A stretch of DNA of 64,000 nt from the human T2T-CHM13v2.0 reference genome, Homo sapiens. Made by a program: the position numbers and the translations under genes. This document shows positions 1-11,749 of this stretch, piece after piece (positions within the stretch are counted from its first letter, which is position 1; each line of letters opens with the position of its first letter). The notes beneath the pieces were generated by a model. It was not told the origin of the DNA, ran no database searches, and saw only the letters and a program-made list of their open reading frames with translations. The stretch is from the NCBI RefSeq assembly GCF_009914755.1, contig NC_060932.1; one strand, 5' to 3'.

Positions 1-576
1 AGATAAAAAGATGAAGGTTCTATAATTTTTCATATTCATTTTACCAGAAGCCAGGGTAAGAGCAGTAGGCAATTTATTTGAAATGTCTTATCAGGAGCCT
101 CACAAATCAATCTTTTGCCTAAATTGCTTGAAAGGTTGACTTATTTTAGGAATGTAAGACTTTAGGAAATAAGTTCAGATTTAAAATATATGAGTATGGA
201 AGTTTTTTTTTTGGTTTTTGGTTTTTTTTCTTCCTACGTTAAAACAACAACAAAACACCTTATCAAGGAAGTGGAAAGCTCTAAAATGAAAATGTCATTA
301 AGGCATGGAAAGCAAGTTGTGCTGTCATAATTAGGCTTGCCCGTCCAAGTTAGTTGAGCTATAATGGTTTTATGTGAGCTGATGTGACAGATGTAACATA
401 TCCCTCAGGTGATTTAGGGCTGAGGCAGGGAAAGGAACTTGTGAACCACTGGATTATTCCTTTGTTATAATGGACTATCTGCAAGAACCTGCCATGTTTG
501 TTTTACAGTTTTCAACCAGCATTCATAGAACACGGTCTCTGCCTTTAAGTAGATAAGAGTCTAAGAAGGAACATAA

Positions 577-1242
577 TGTTGGGGAGGAAAAGTAATTTTC
601 TGTCTACCCTCTGAGTTCTTAGCTGGAATGTACCCAAAGGAAAAAAGTTTTTTGACATGCATATTTTATATATATGGGAGAGATACCCAGGGAATTAGTA
701 AATCTCAAAGAGGGGGCTTCGAACTCTGGTTTATATAGCATCTTCCATAAGGAACAGTAAATTTTTGCAGAAATGACTAGATAGTCTCTAGGGAGAGCAA
801 ATTCTGGAAAGGCAAATAAATGGAAGTTTGTTATGTAGATTCCTCTGTTGCCATCTCAGGCTAATAAGGGTCCAAAGTTATCTTGGTGGGCCTCGGTGTC
901 TCACTCCTGTAATCCCAGCACTTTGGGAGGCCGGAGTTGGAGGTTTGCTTGAGGCCAGGAGTTCAAGACCAGGCTGGGCAGCATATTGAGACCCCGTCTC
1001 TGCAAAATGAAAATAAATTTAAGAAAATAAACTTGTGTTCAGTGATCAACCTTGGTCCCTCCTGGTAGATAGGGGAGGAGGGAAACCTTTGCCTTTATAA
1101 ATTTATGTCTTGCTTTGATGCAGATATAAGAGGGCAGAGAGGGCAGAGAGCTTTTTAAATCTGCTGATTCTCAATTAGCTTCAGCTCAAAATAATCTTTA
1201 TGCTAAAGTGGCATATTTTGGGTTGGCATGCCTGATCTCCTG
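577..1242. mobile_element. Solo ERV1-class LTR (MER4-group-like), interrupted by an Alu monomer
   Basis: Starts TG; terminal motif CAGCTCAAAATAATCTTTATGCTAAAGTGGCATATTTTGGG typical of MER4-group LTRs; subfamily not resolved. Confidence 0.55.
887..1022 (+). mobile_element. Alu monomer (FLAM/AluJ left arm)
   Basis: CCTGTAATCCCAGCACTTTGGGAGG...GAGTTCAAGACCAG followed by an A-rich tail. Confidence 0.85.
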
Positions 1243-1455
1243 GAGTAGTTGTCACCCCCACTTTGAATTCTTTCATATTTACTTGTTTATTTTAGGTGGT
1301 CAATCTGTTATTTGGATCCACAAGTATACATCTTATTTAAGGTACTTATCTTAGAATAATGTAAGTACTTTTATTTTTCTTATTACTCTCCATTATACTT
1401 TAAGTTGTTAGTGGTAGGTAGGAGCTATGTCTTTTGATCTACAGGACCCAGTATA

Positions 1456-1745
1456 TTTTGGTTGAGACAGGGTCTTGTTCTGTCACCCAGGCTGGAGTGC
1501 AGTGGTACAGTTAGAACTCACTGCAGTCTCAACATCCTGGACTCAAGCGATCCTCCTGCCTCACCATTCTGAGTAGCTGGCACCACATGTGTGTGCCACT
1601 TTGCCCGGCTAATTTTTTTATTTTTTATAGAGACAGGGTCTCACTTTGTTACCCAGAATGGTCTCAGACTCCTGGCCTCAAGCAACCCTCCTGCCTCGGC
1701 TTCCACAAGTGCTGGGATTACAGGTGTGAGCCACTGTGCCCAGCC
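1456..1745 (-). mobile_element. AluJ
   Basis: Diverged antisense dimeric Alu (GAGACAGGGTCTTG...GCTGGGATTACAGGTGTGAGCCAC). Confidence 0.9.
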
Positions 1746-2619
1746 TGGATTTCCTGATGCAGAGACGAAACACAGTTAACCTTGAGAATTAGAACACCTA
1801 TAATTGACTTATGTACAAAGAATAGGGAGGAACAAACAGGAAAGTACAACTGCTTGATGGAATGTGGTAAGACTTTAGAGGAGACAACATTTAAACCAAA
1901 CAGGAAGGGAATGAGTAGCACTCAGGTAGGAGGAACCAAGAGGACTCTGCGCAGACTCGATGTGATATTTAAAGGCATGGACACAGGGAGGATCTTAGTG
2001 TGCTGCAGTCAGCCAGAAGAATTTTGGTGATGTCCATTATTGATGAGGTTTATTGTCATCTTTATACATTTTTATTCTATTCATTTTGTTTATAGGTAGA
2101 ATAGAGCATGAGGTACATAACAGGATGTGGAATCAGGACTATAGTGGTTAAAAGTAAATAAAATTAAAAAGCAATTTTAAAATAGAACTACATTGTTGGG
2201 TTGGGTGACAGAAGTGGAAGGCCAGTTGGCCATCTCGATATGTTCTTATAGTGTGGCATTATCCTGGAGGGTTCACTACAGTACAGGGTCTGGCCCTCAA
2301 TTTTATAGGGCCAGACAGTATATCATAGGGGTTAAAAGCAAAGTTGGGAGCCAAACTGACTTTCGAATCCTTGCCCTGTCTTTAATTGCTATGTGACCTT
2401 ACTCAAATTGCTCAACTGTTCTGTGCCTCAGTTCCTAATTCAAAGCTGGAAATACTAGGGCTTATCACATGAGATTGTTAAGTTATAAAGATGAGGTAAG
2501 TTGCCATGTGGAAAGTACTTGATACCTGACACATTAAAGGTGATAAATAATTTGTTTTTGGCTCAAAAATCTAATTCTTCAGTTTACCAATGTAGCTCAA
2601 TCTTTCAGAGCATACTCTT

Positions 2620-3362
2620 GCTGTATATTGGACATTAATATATAAAAATTGTAATATCCAGTACTATTCACATGTGCTAGAATGACTAAAATTAAAAAGG
2701 TATTTTGAATTGTGGACTGGGATGTGGCACAATAGGAACTCTGATGCACTGCTGTGGGAATGTACACTGCTCCAGCCACTTTGGAAAAATGTCTGACACA
2801 TTTGGCTGTCTGTTATGAGCACAGGCCTCCCCAGGACCTAGCAGTGGGTAATTCCTCAGCAGAGATGCACACTTAGATGCACTGGAAGACGTGTGTAAGA
2901 ATCCTGTAGGCAAAACCTAAAAGAAGCAAAATGTCTATCAATAGTAGAATGGATGAACAAATTATAGTATAATCATTCAGTATTTTAAAGCAGTAAGAAT
3001 AAACCAATTGTTGCTACACACAGCATTGATGAATCTCACAAACATAATACTTAATGAAAGAAGAATGGCACAGAATAGTAGATATTCTGATTTCATTTAT
3101 ATAAAGCTCAAAGCCGGCAAAACTCATTGATGGTGCTGAGAGTCAGGATGGTGGTTACTTTTGGGGCAAGACGGTGATTCAGAGGGAACAAAGGCAGCTT
3201 CTGGCAACTGTTGATGTCCCATTTCTTGATCTGAGCATTGGTTACTTTTTTACTCCTGCTGTGTGGCTTGGTTGTATTCACTTGGTGAGAATTCACTAAG
3301 CTGTGTACTTAGGATTCGTACCTTTTTATGACTTATTTTATGCTTGAATAAAAAGTTTAAAA
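2620..3362 (+). mobile_element. Old L1 (L1M) 3' fragment
   Basis: ORF2-end and 3'UTR motifs (GGAACTCT...TGGGAATGTA, CCACTTTGGAAAA, ATGAATCTCACAAACATAAT) and AATAAAAAG end. Confidence 0.7.
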
Positions 3363-4948
3363 ATATGACCAATTTGTGAATTAAGAGAATTGATTAGACT
3401 AAATAGACCAGATGCTCTCATTTATAACAGAATAACACATCTTCCTTCAAGCAGATCTGTTATTAGACTATGCGATAATCTGAAGGTTACTCAGTAAGTC
3501 TAAAAGCAGATCAGAGAATAATCTTAATGCAAATATTTTAAAACTCTGATAGCTTGTTCTTAACATTTTCCCTGTATAGAAGCCTCTGCACTGTGAATTA
3601 CATGTGCCTTCTGGTGGGCCAGTAGCCATTTCCCCTTCACAGTGGGACTAAAGACACTTGGCATCTCTCATCTGGCACATCATTCCAAGAGGGGCTGTTG
3701 TTCTCAAGGAAGAGCACTTGGAAGAATGAATGAATCCATATAAATCCATGACTGATTGAACGCTCACCCTGTGCCAGGCACTGGGAACACAGTGGTCGAC
3801 AGGCAGATGAAGCCCTTGTTCTTGTGGAGACTCCATTTCTATTGGAAGACATGGACAATAAATAATACATATTGGGTATTGATGAAAGTCAGCTTCCAGA
3901 CTCTTGCTGAGCATGACTACAAAAGGTGAAAGAAACAGTCAACAAATAAACCAAAAAATCTTTGAAGGCGTGAAAGCTAAAATGGTTAAAAAAATAATAA
4001 TAACTGGGCCAACAGCTTGGGGGAAAATGAAAATGAAAGGCAATTTTCCTCTGAATCACAGAGAATGAAAAATGACTCATGTGACTATTTCCTCAACTGT
4101 CCTAAGAATGGTACATAGCTAGTATCATTCTAGATACAAAGGAAAGACATTAATTCATGTTATACACAGTGGATGTCTTAGGACATCAGGTTTCATTCTC
4201 TGGTGGAACCCTGGTGAGAAAGACTGCAATGAGCTTCTGCCAATTTCTAAAGAAGGTAGGTGAGAATGTGAACTGAGTCTTAAAAGAAATCTAGAGCCCA
4301 GAGAAGTTTTAAAAAATGGGCCTTAAGGGTCCACCCAGCTTAGGTGAAGGGACTGATAAATCCCCTTGGCTGTGGAATGGATCCCAGAGAAGCTATACTT
4401 CCAGAGAATGCACTGATGGTCAGCTTCCAATCATAGCAGTCCTTTGTGGGACTAAGGTTAACCTAGACTTACTAATTCCCCTATCCTGGAGAAATATAGC
4501 AACATAGTCCTGAAATTATTTTTTTCATGTGTAATTGCTGATATTCAATAAAAAAAATTACAGACATACAAGAAGGTACTATAATAAACTAAGGAAAAGT
4601 ACAGAAGCAGACACAGTGGATTCAGATAGCAAACATTATACTCAATTATAATAAAGGAATTAAAAAATAAATGTGATGATTTAAACAGAACTGGAATGTA
4701 TAGAAAAATAGACATTTTGTAACTGAAAAGAACTAAATGGATGGGTTCAGTAGCAGATTAGACAGAGCTGGAGAAAGAACTAGTACGCTGGAAGTTAGAT
4801 CAGCGAAGCGTGAAGAGAAGAGACTGGACCACATGGAAAGGACCCTGAGCACAAAGTCTCTCATGTCCACCTTGCTCATTTAAGGCCCAGAGGTTCCACA
4901 TGGTCTCGTCCCTGCACCTCTCTCCCAGCTCACTTCACTTTTACTTCT

Positions 4949-5358
4949 TGTCTTACTCTATTCCTGCTGCTATAATAAAATTATAATATTAATAAACTAT
5001 AATAATTAGATGTAATTAGATATTTTAGATGGATAATTTATAAAAGAAATGTATTCTCACATTTTTGGAGGCTGTGCAGTCCAAGATCAAGACACCTACA
5101 GATTAAGTGGTGAAGACTTGCTCTCTGATTCATAGATGGTGCCTCTTGCAGTGTCCCCACAGGGCAGAAGGGCAAAATGGATGGCAGGGACTGGAGGGCC
5201 AGGCAGCTCTCTGAAGCCTGTCACGAAGGCATTAAACCAGTTCACGAGAGCCTGCATGTCTTAAGCACTTCGCAAGAGGCCCAACTTCTTAATTCCACCA
5301 CAATGGACATTAAGTTTCAACATAAATGTTGGAAGTATACAAACATGCAAACCACAGC
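4949..5358. mobile_element. MaLR LTR (MLT1/MST-like)
   Basis: TCTCACATTTTTGGAGGCTG...GTCCAAGATCAAG; ends AAACATGCAAACCACAGCA. Confidence 0.7.
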
Positions 5359-6244
5359 ACCCCTCTACCTCATGGCCTTTATGCTTGCTGTTCATTCTAT
5401 CTGAAATTCTCTCCCCCCTAGTCCCCTAAAATCCATGTGACCAGCTCCCTCACGGCTTTCACATTTGTATTCAAAGTCTTGTCTGTAAGGATTTCCCTGG
5501 CCATAGTGTCTAAAATCTCAAACCTCCCCAACACTCTCATTATCTTATATACCATATATTTTGCTTGGTTTTGTTTCTCTGCTTCCCCATGAGGACAAAG
5601 ATACTTGTTTTGTTTTGTTTGTGTTGAATGCTATGTCCCCGGTGCTCAGCACAGTGCCTGACACCTAATTGGCATTCAACAACATCTGCTTCCCAGGATA
5701 GATGGAAAGATGTCCATAAAAATCTGTAGCATGATGCAAGGTTAATATGGACCCAATGAAATTTAGTTATTCCTCCTTTTTCCTATCTTTGTGGAATTTC
5801 TGGTTTAATTTCATTTTCTTTAATTTTTTAATTTACAGTTAGTTTTCCCTTCACTTGTTTGTAGGATTTCTGACTTAACTTCATTGTTATTTTGTTTTTC
5901 TTTCAGTGTATTTTTCAGCACCTTGACAAATTAAACAAATGAAATTCTACCTCAGTTGGATATGAACTAAGAGAAGAGATCCTATGAATGATTGACACAG
6001 ACATATTTTAAAAGGCTGTATTCAGATGTGGATAGAATAGCAGCTAATCTTTGTCAGTCATTACCTAAAAACCAAAGTAGTTAATACAAGTGATTGCAGG
6101 ATGGAAATGTAGACATCACATTTTAGAGAAAGTTTTAAGAATTCATCATATTCTATAAAAGTCAAATACCTTGGATAGCTTTGATTTTTCTCTGATCTGA
6201 CAGCTTGAGAGTGTTAAAAGGAATAGGTCTTCAGCTAAAACAAA

Positions 6245-6460
6245 ACTACCTTTATTAGGTATGAACTATGCCAAACAATTTTCATAAATATTTTTTGGCT
6301 AATCTTCCCACAACCACTGGTAACAACCAGGAGGTATATTATGATTACCATTTTGCAAATTTTAAAATTGGGATTCAGAGAGATTAGTGACTTCCCCAAA
6401 GCCACACAGCTAGTAAGTGGCAGAGCTGGAATTTGAACATAGTCATCAGACTCCAAAGAC
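6245..6460 (-). mobile_element. MIR (one of many; others near 2320-2540, 16020-16200, 21190-21340, 24905-25090, 27430-27580, 57200-57340, 58390-58590, 59140-59340)
   Basis: MIR core GATTCAGAGAGATTAGTGACTTCCCCAAAGCCACACAGCTAGTAAGTGGCAGAGCTGGAATTTGAAC. Confidence 0.75.
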
Positions 6461-7865
6461 TGATGCAAGGAAGTTGTATTAGTGTAGAAGTCACATAATA
6501 TTTTCCTCACAGCCCTAAAATAAACAACTGGGCATGTGATTTAATTCTTAAATGATGACTTATTTAAATGATATGAGAAAGATTCTTATTTAGAATCATT
6601 GTTAATATGGTAATTTTTATCTTTAGTTGGCTTTGTGATATGCTCATAGTCTAATGAGTCTCAGAGGTGACACTGCATCGACCCGGATACTATTACCTAG
6701 AACCCCAGTGAAAACTGAATTTCTGAAAAGACTGTTTTCAGTTAATATTTGTTTTTTAAACTCAAATTATAAGACTAAGCTTTTAACGTTGCGTTTTATA
6801 TGAAAACTTTTTACGTGTTGAAGTGACCAGTTATTATCGCAATTAAAGTTAGATGTCAGATAGCATAATTACAGTCTTTTAAAATGACTCAAAACTGAAA
6901 CAGTATTTTAAAAATCACTCTTTTGTAAATTCATCTGTTCACTTAAAATGATTTTTCCTGAGTTTAAATGTGAGTTTACTTGTAACAGAAATAGAATTAA
7001 ATAGGTCATACTGTTTCCTTTATCCTGGAAAATCTCTTCTTTTTAAAGCAAGATTTCTCTGTTGTTTGGCCACGTGTCGGTTTGAGTTTTATAGGTCGGG
7101 AATGACAAATGAAGAATCTCCACCTGTGTAAGAACACATCTTCCCTTCCTGTAGCCTGGCATCCGCCAAGCAGACAGCTCACCCCTGCCAGCTCGGTGCC
7201 GTTTCGAAGCTAAAAAGTCAGACTTGATGAATAAGCAAGTCTTTTTAATGAGGCAAACATTATTTATGTTTATAATAACTAATTTCTCATCCATGTTTGT
7301 TCAGTTTTTAATAATGTTCTGATATCAAAAGTAGAATACAGAGTTCCACAGGCAGTTTTCTGCTGAGGGCAGGGAATCTAAGACTGATACTTAATGTTTG
7401 ACAGAAAATGATATAGGTGAGTTCTTGTCATCAAATTTTACAGTATTGTAATACAGACTGCATTTTATTATACAGTATTTCCTCAAGTTGCATTCTTCTC
7501 AAAGAAGCACTTAACTACATTTCCTGCCACTTGTCATTAATTAGTTCTTTTCATCATTTATTCAACAAACATGACCACATGCCTCCTATGTGCTAGACAC
7601 TGGGAATACAAGAGAAAGGGCCTGCTTTTTACCCTTAAGGACCTTACAGACTAGTGAGAGGAGAGGAGGCAAAGAAATAATTACAGAAGCTATGAATATA
7701 CAAGTTATTGGTTATCATGGACGCAGGAAGGAGAGAGGGATAATTCAGCCTGGAGTCTTCTTGTTGGCTCACCAAAAAGGTGATGTCAGAGGAAACAGCC
7801 TGTGCGGAGGAATTGCGGGTGAAATGACACAGCTGCTGCAGGGCCGTCACGCAGGTGCTGAAGCA

Positions 7866-8035
7866 CACAGCACCAAGCAGCAGTGGCAGGCACCTCCCTC
7901 ACAGCACCAGGCAGCAGTGGCAGGCACCTCCCTCACAGCACCAGGCAGCAGTGGCAGGCACCTCCCTCACAGCACCAGGCAGCAGTGGCAGGCACCTCCC
8001 TCACAGCACCAGGCAGCAGTGGCAGGCACCTCCCT
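7866..8035. repeat. Minisatellite/VNTR, 5 x 34 bp
   Basis: Unit CACAGCACCAGGCAGCAGTGGCAGGCACCTCCCT at 7866, 7900, 7934, 7968, 8002; only the first copy has one substitution. Confidence 0.97.
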
Positions 8036-8634
8036 GGGTGAGTTGCTGAGGGCAGAACTGTGAGAGGCTTAGGAATTTGTTCTTTATCTTGTATCTTTAT
8101 TTATTGGTTAATCTTCCCCTATTGTTCTCAGGACAGAGGAGTGCAGAGTGGAGATTTTAAGCAGGGAGGGAAGGGGTACAAGTGAGGATTTGCATTCTAG
8201 GTGTATAATTTTTGGAGGAATGTTTAGATAAGGAAGCATTAGAAATCCAGGATCAGTTACGGTCTCTGACTAGTCCAGTTGAAGAATTCTGAATGATTCT
8301 GATGAATCTAATAATTCTGAATGAAATGATTCACATTAGGAATGTAGAGGAAGCGGGGATGGGTGTGAGATAGATTTAGGGAGATTAAAAATAGACTCAT
8401 TGGCTAGTTAGATGACAATGGGATGGTAAAGCAGAAAGCACTGATTTTTCTCCAGATGTTAATGCCTTCCTAGGTGTGTGTGGACTGATGGATTCTCACC
8501 ACAGTATTAGAGACCTCTTGTATCTCCTGCACTGCCTTGCTCACAAGTGCACGGTCTGATTTTTAAAGTGCAAGAAAAGGGATAAAACATCTTTGCAGTA
8601 CATTTTGACAACATAGGGATGCGTTATATATGTA

Positions 8635-8911
8635 TTTGAGATAAGGTCCTCCTCTGTCATCCAGACTGGAATGCAGTGGCCTGGTCTTGGCCCTGCACAG
8701 CCTTGGTCTGCAGCCTCCGCCTCCCGGGTTCAAGCAGTCCTTCCAACACAGCCTCTCGAGTAGCTGGGAATACAGGTGCCCACCACCATGCCTGGCTAAG
8801 TTTTGTATTTTTTTAGTAGAGACCAGATTTCTCCGTGTTGCCTAGGCTGGGTCTCAAACTCCTGGGCTCAAAACAGTCTGCCCACCTCAGCCTTCCAAAG
8901 TGCTAGGATTA
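8635..8911 (-). mobile_element. AluJ (diverged)
   Basis: Antisense Alu motifs CTCCCGGGTTCAAGC, GGTCTCAAACTCCTGGGCTCAA. Confidence 0.88.
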
Positions 8912-11749
8912 GTAAAGGAGCTTTATTTAGCTTCTTCCAAAGGAAATTCCTTAGGTTGCTTGTGACTTTATACTGCCAGGTTTCCTCACTTTTGATCATC
9001 TGATGAATGGCTAGAGGCTCTGGAGATACATGAACCAGCTGAGGAAAATTCAGGAAAGAGGTGAGAGGACTAAACAGAGAAGGATTTGGCCTGCTTTGCC
9101 TCTAGAGGCATTCAGTCCAGCAATGTAATGAACATCTTTTAAGTCCTCATTATGTTCCAGGCACTGTTGCTACTCTGTGCCTGGTGTGATAGTGTGAAAG
9201 AATGAATAAGACACAATCCATATTCAGAAAGGTAGGTGAAGCAAAAAGCAAAGCATATTGTATGCAGCCCAGTAATGGAAGTACATATATTAGGTCCATT
9301 GTTGGCATAACAAAGGTGTCATGGACGGTTTTCATGGGACTCAGAAGTTATAACAGAATTGGAAGCTCTCATTTGAGCTTCACCTTGAAAAATTCACTAG
9401 ACAGAGCAGGCCAGAGACTTGCAGGAAACAGCACATGAACTAGAAATAGTCATTGCATGGGAGGCACAGGACACATTGCAGAAAAATGAGTCTGACATGT
9501 AGACTGGGGCTTGTCACAATGGGGTCCTCTAGGAGCAAATATGGAAATGTGAAAAATTACCCAAAAATTTCAAATATAAAGTAAACCTTTCAGCATATCT
9601 GAGCAGTGCCAGCACTGAAGTGTAGTGAGTTCCTCATCCCAGGTCTTGGCAAGCTTTTTAAGAGTAGATTCTAAGCTTAGATGTTTGCTTGATCTAAATC
9701 TTTGACATCCCCTTCTATACTTTGATTCCACTCAATTATCTGTTGCGTTATAGCAAATAATACATTCACTATTTTTTAAATTTCTATCTTAGCCTCAGAA
9801 ACATCTACTGAAGAATTTTATAATATAAAACTATGTAAATGAGAAAAAACGAGCAACCAGTGATTCAGAACACTAGAAGATAAGAGCATGAGGGAAAAAA
9901 GGGAGGCCTGCTAAACGCTCAGATCACCCAGTCCTCAGATAAAAAAATCTTAAGGTTTGGAGGCTCTTACTCAGCTCCACTACTCTCTCCTTTTCCTCGT
10001 TTTAATCATTTGCTGAGTCATTTGTTTATTGGTTAATCCCCCTTCACTGTTGTTCTCAGCCAGTGACCTCATCCCCTACCTTGTGATAAAAATAGTAGAT
10101 GTTCAACAAGAATTCCCTGTGCTCCCTACCTGGAACCTTAGACACTGATTTGCAGTCACACTCAGCTTTTCCTCCTTTTCTCCTATTGCACCCTGCTTCA
10201 TGCTTCCCTATATGTTTCAAGCATTGTCCACTGAACAAATAATACTCGTCATAATGGAAGTACAAAATATTCACCACCATGGCCAAATCGAACTGTGAAA
10301 TTGAAATCCTCCTGAATGAAATCTTGTGAAAATTGCAAATTTAATCTCTTAAAATCTTCAGTATAAAAATATCGAAGTCAATAACTCAAAGACCTAAACA
10401 ATTTGAAAATTCAGATAAATTGCTAGTATTGTAATATCTGACAGAATAATTGAGTAAGGAATGAGTGTCATAACTGTAGGGTTAAAACAGTATACTGCTT
10501 AATATTTTAGTTTTTTTTTTATAATTCTAGTCATTTACAATCTTGATTCTTCAAATAAGCACAGAAATAGAATTCTTTGAAGAAGCATATTCTTTTCAAG
10601 CTAACATTACTAAAGTAACCATGATCTTTGCATTTTGCCCAACTGTGTGCACGATACAGTGACCTGGTTGCAAGTCTCAACTTCATCTTCACCCTTTCTG
10701 TTTCGTGCCCTCACACCAAGAGATATTTCATAAACACAACATGAATGATGTCATCCAAATTTAAATCCTTATTCCTTAACTTGGTCCTTCATGAGCTAGT
10801 GTATAATTTTCTGGGTCTCCTCTTCCATTTGCACCATACAGAGGAACCATAACAAGCTATTTGATTCCTTGAATGAGCTTAGTTCTTGTCTTCCTGTACC
10901 TCCATTGTTTTTCACCTGCTGTTCATTCTGCCTAATTTTAATTTTTAATGACTATTTTAATGGAAACTTCTACTTTCTGTGCTTTGAAGCTAATTTCTAG
11001 CATTGATACACCTGGGAAATTTTCTTCCACTTTTCTCTTTCCTAACTGGGCTGGTCCATCCCACCTCAGTGCTTACCCTTGACATGGCAATTGACTTGTA
11101 GAATTATAGTTGTCTCTTTAGTTGTCTGTCAGCTGTCTCCCACTACACCTCATGTCATCCTACTTACTAGACTCCTTTCCAACCATGGTGTCTAGCAGAG
11201 TGCCAGAAATGGCATAGGTGCTAAGTGATGAAGATTTAATTTAATAGGAATTTTCCTTCCATTAGGAGCCTCCAGCTTCTTTTAATTCATAAGAATTATT
11301 TGTAATGTCTGCATTTTGCTACTTACCTGATAACCAAAATCATCTCAAAGTATTTGTTTGTTGTCTGATAGCTTTCTCTCCCTTGATTGACTATTGGAAG
11401 ATCATACTCAAATTAGTAATCTGCCTTCAGCTACTATGAAGAACACTGTGGCTTGCAAATTGTGTTATAGTCATATTCATGACTTCTGTTATTCCTCTGC
11501 CCCCATTTAATGACTATCATTTTATATTATACATTCTCATCAAAGTACAAAACATATAGCTCTTTGACAAATATTCAGTTGCTCTTTTCTAAAAAAATTT
11601 TTTTAAATATTAGTGATCATATATAAATTATGTCTTACTCCTACAAAGACAGCACCATCCCTTCATATTAATATTTATTTTACAAAGTTGAAAGCTTTAT
11701 AGTAGCACACTATTTTGATTACTGTAGCTTTATAGTAAATTCTGACTTG

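Noticed and set aside
7866-8035. 34-bp repeats as a CRISPR array
   Set aside because: Head-to-tail copies with no unique spacers, no cas genes, and primate genomic context
7590-8063. 157-aa ORF, the longest in the track
   Set aside because: Non-ATG start in L2-like sequence; stays open only because the VNTR lacks stop codons
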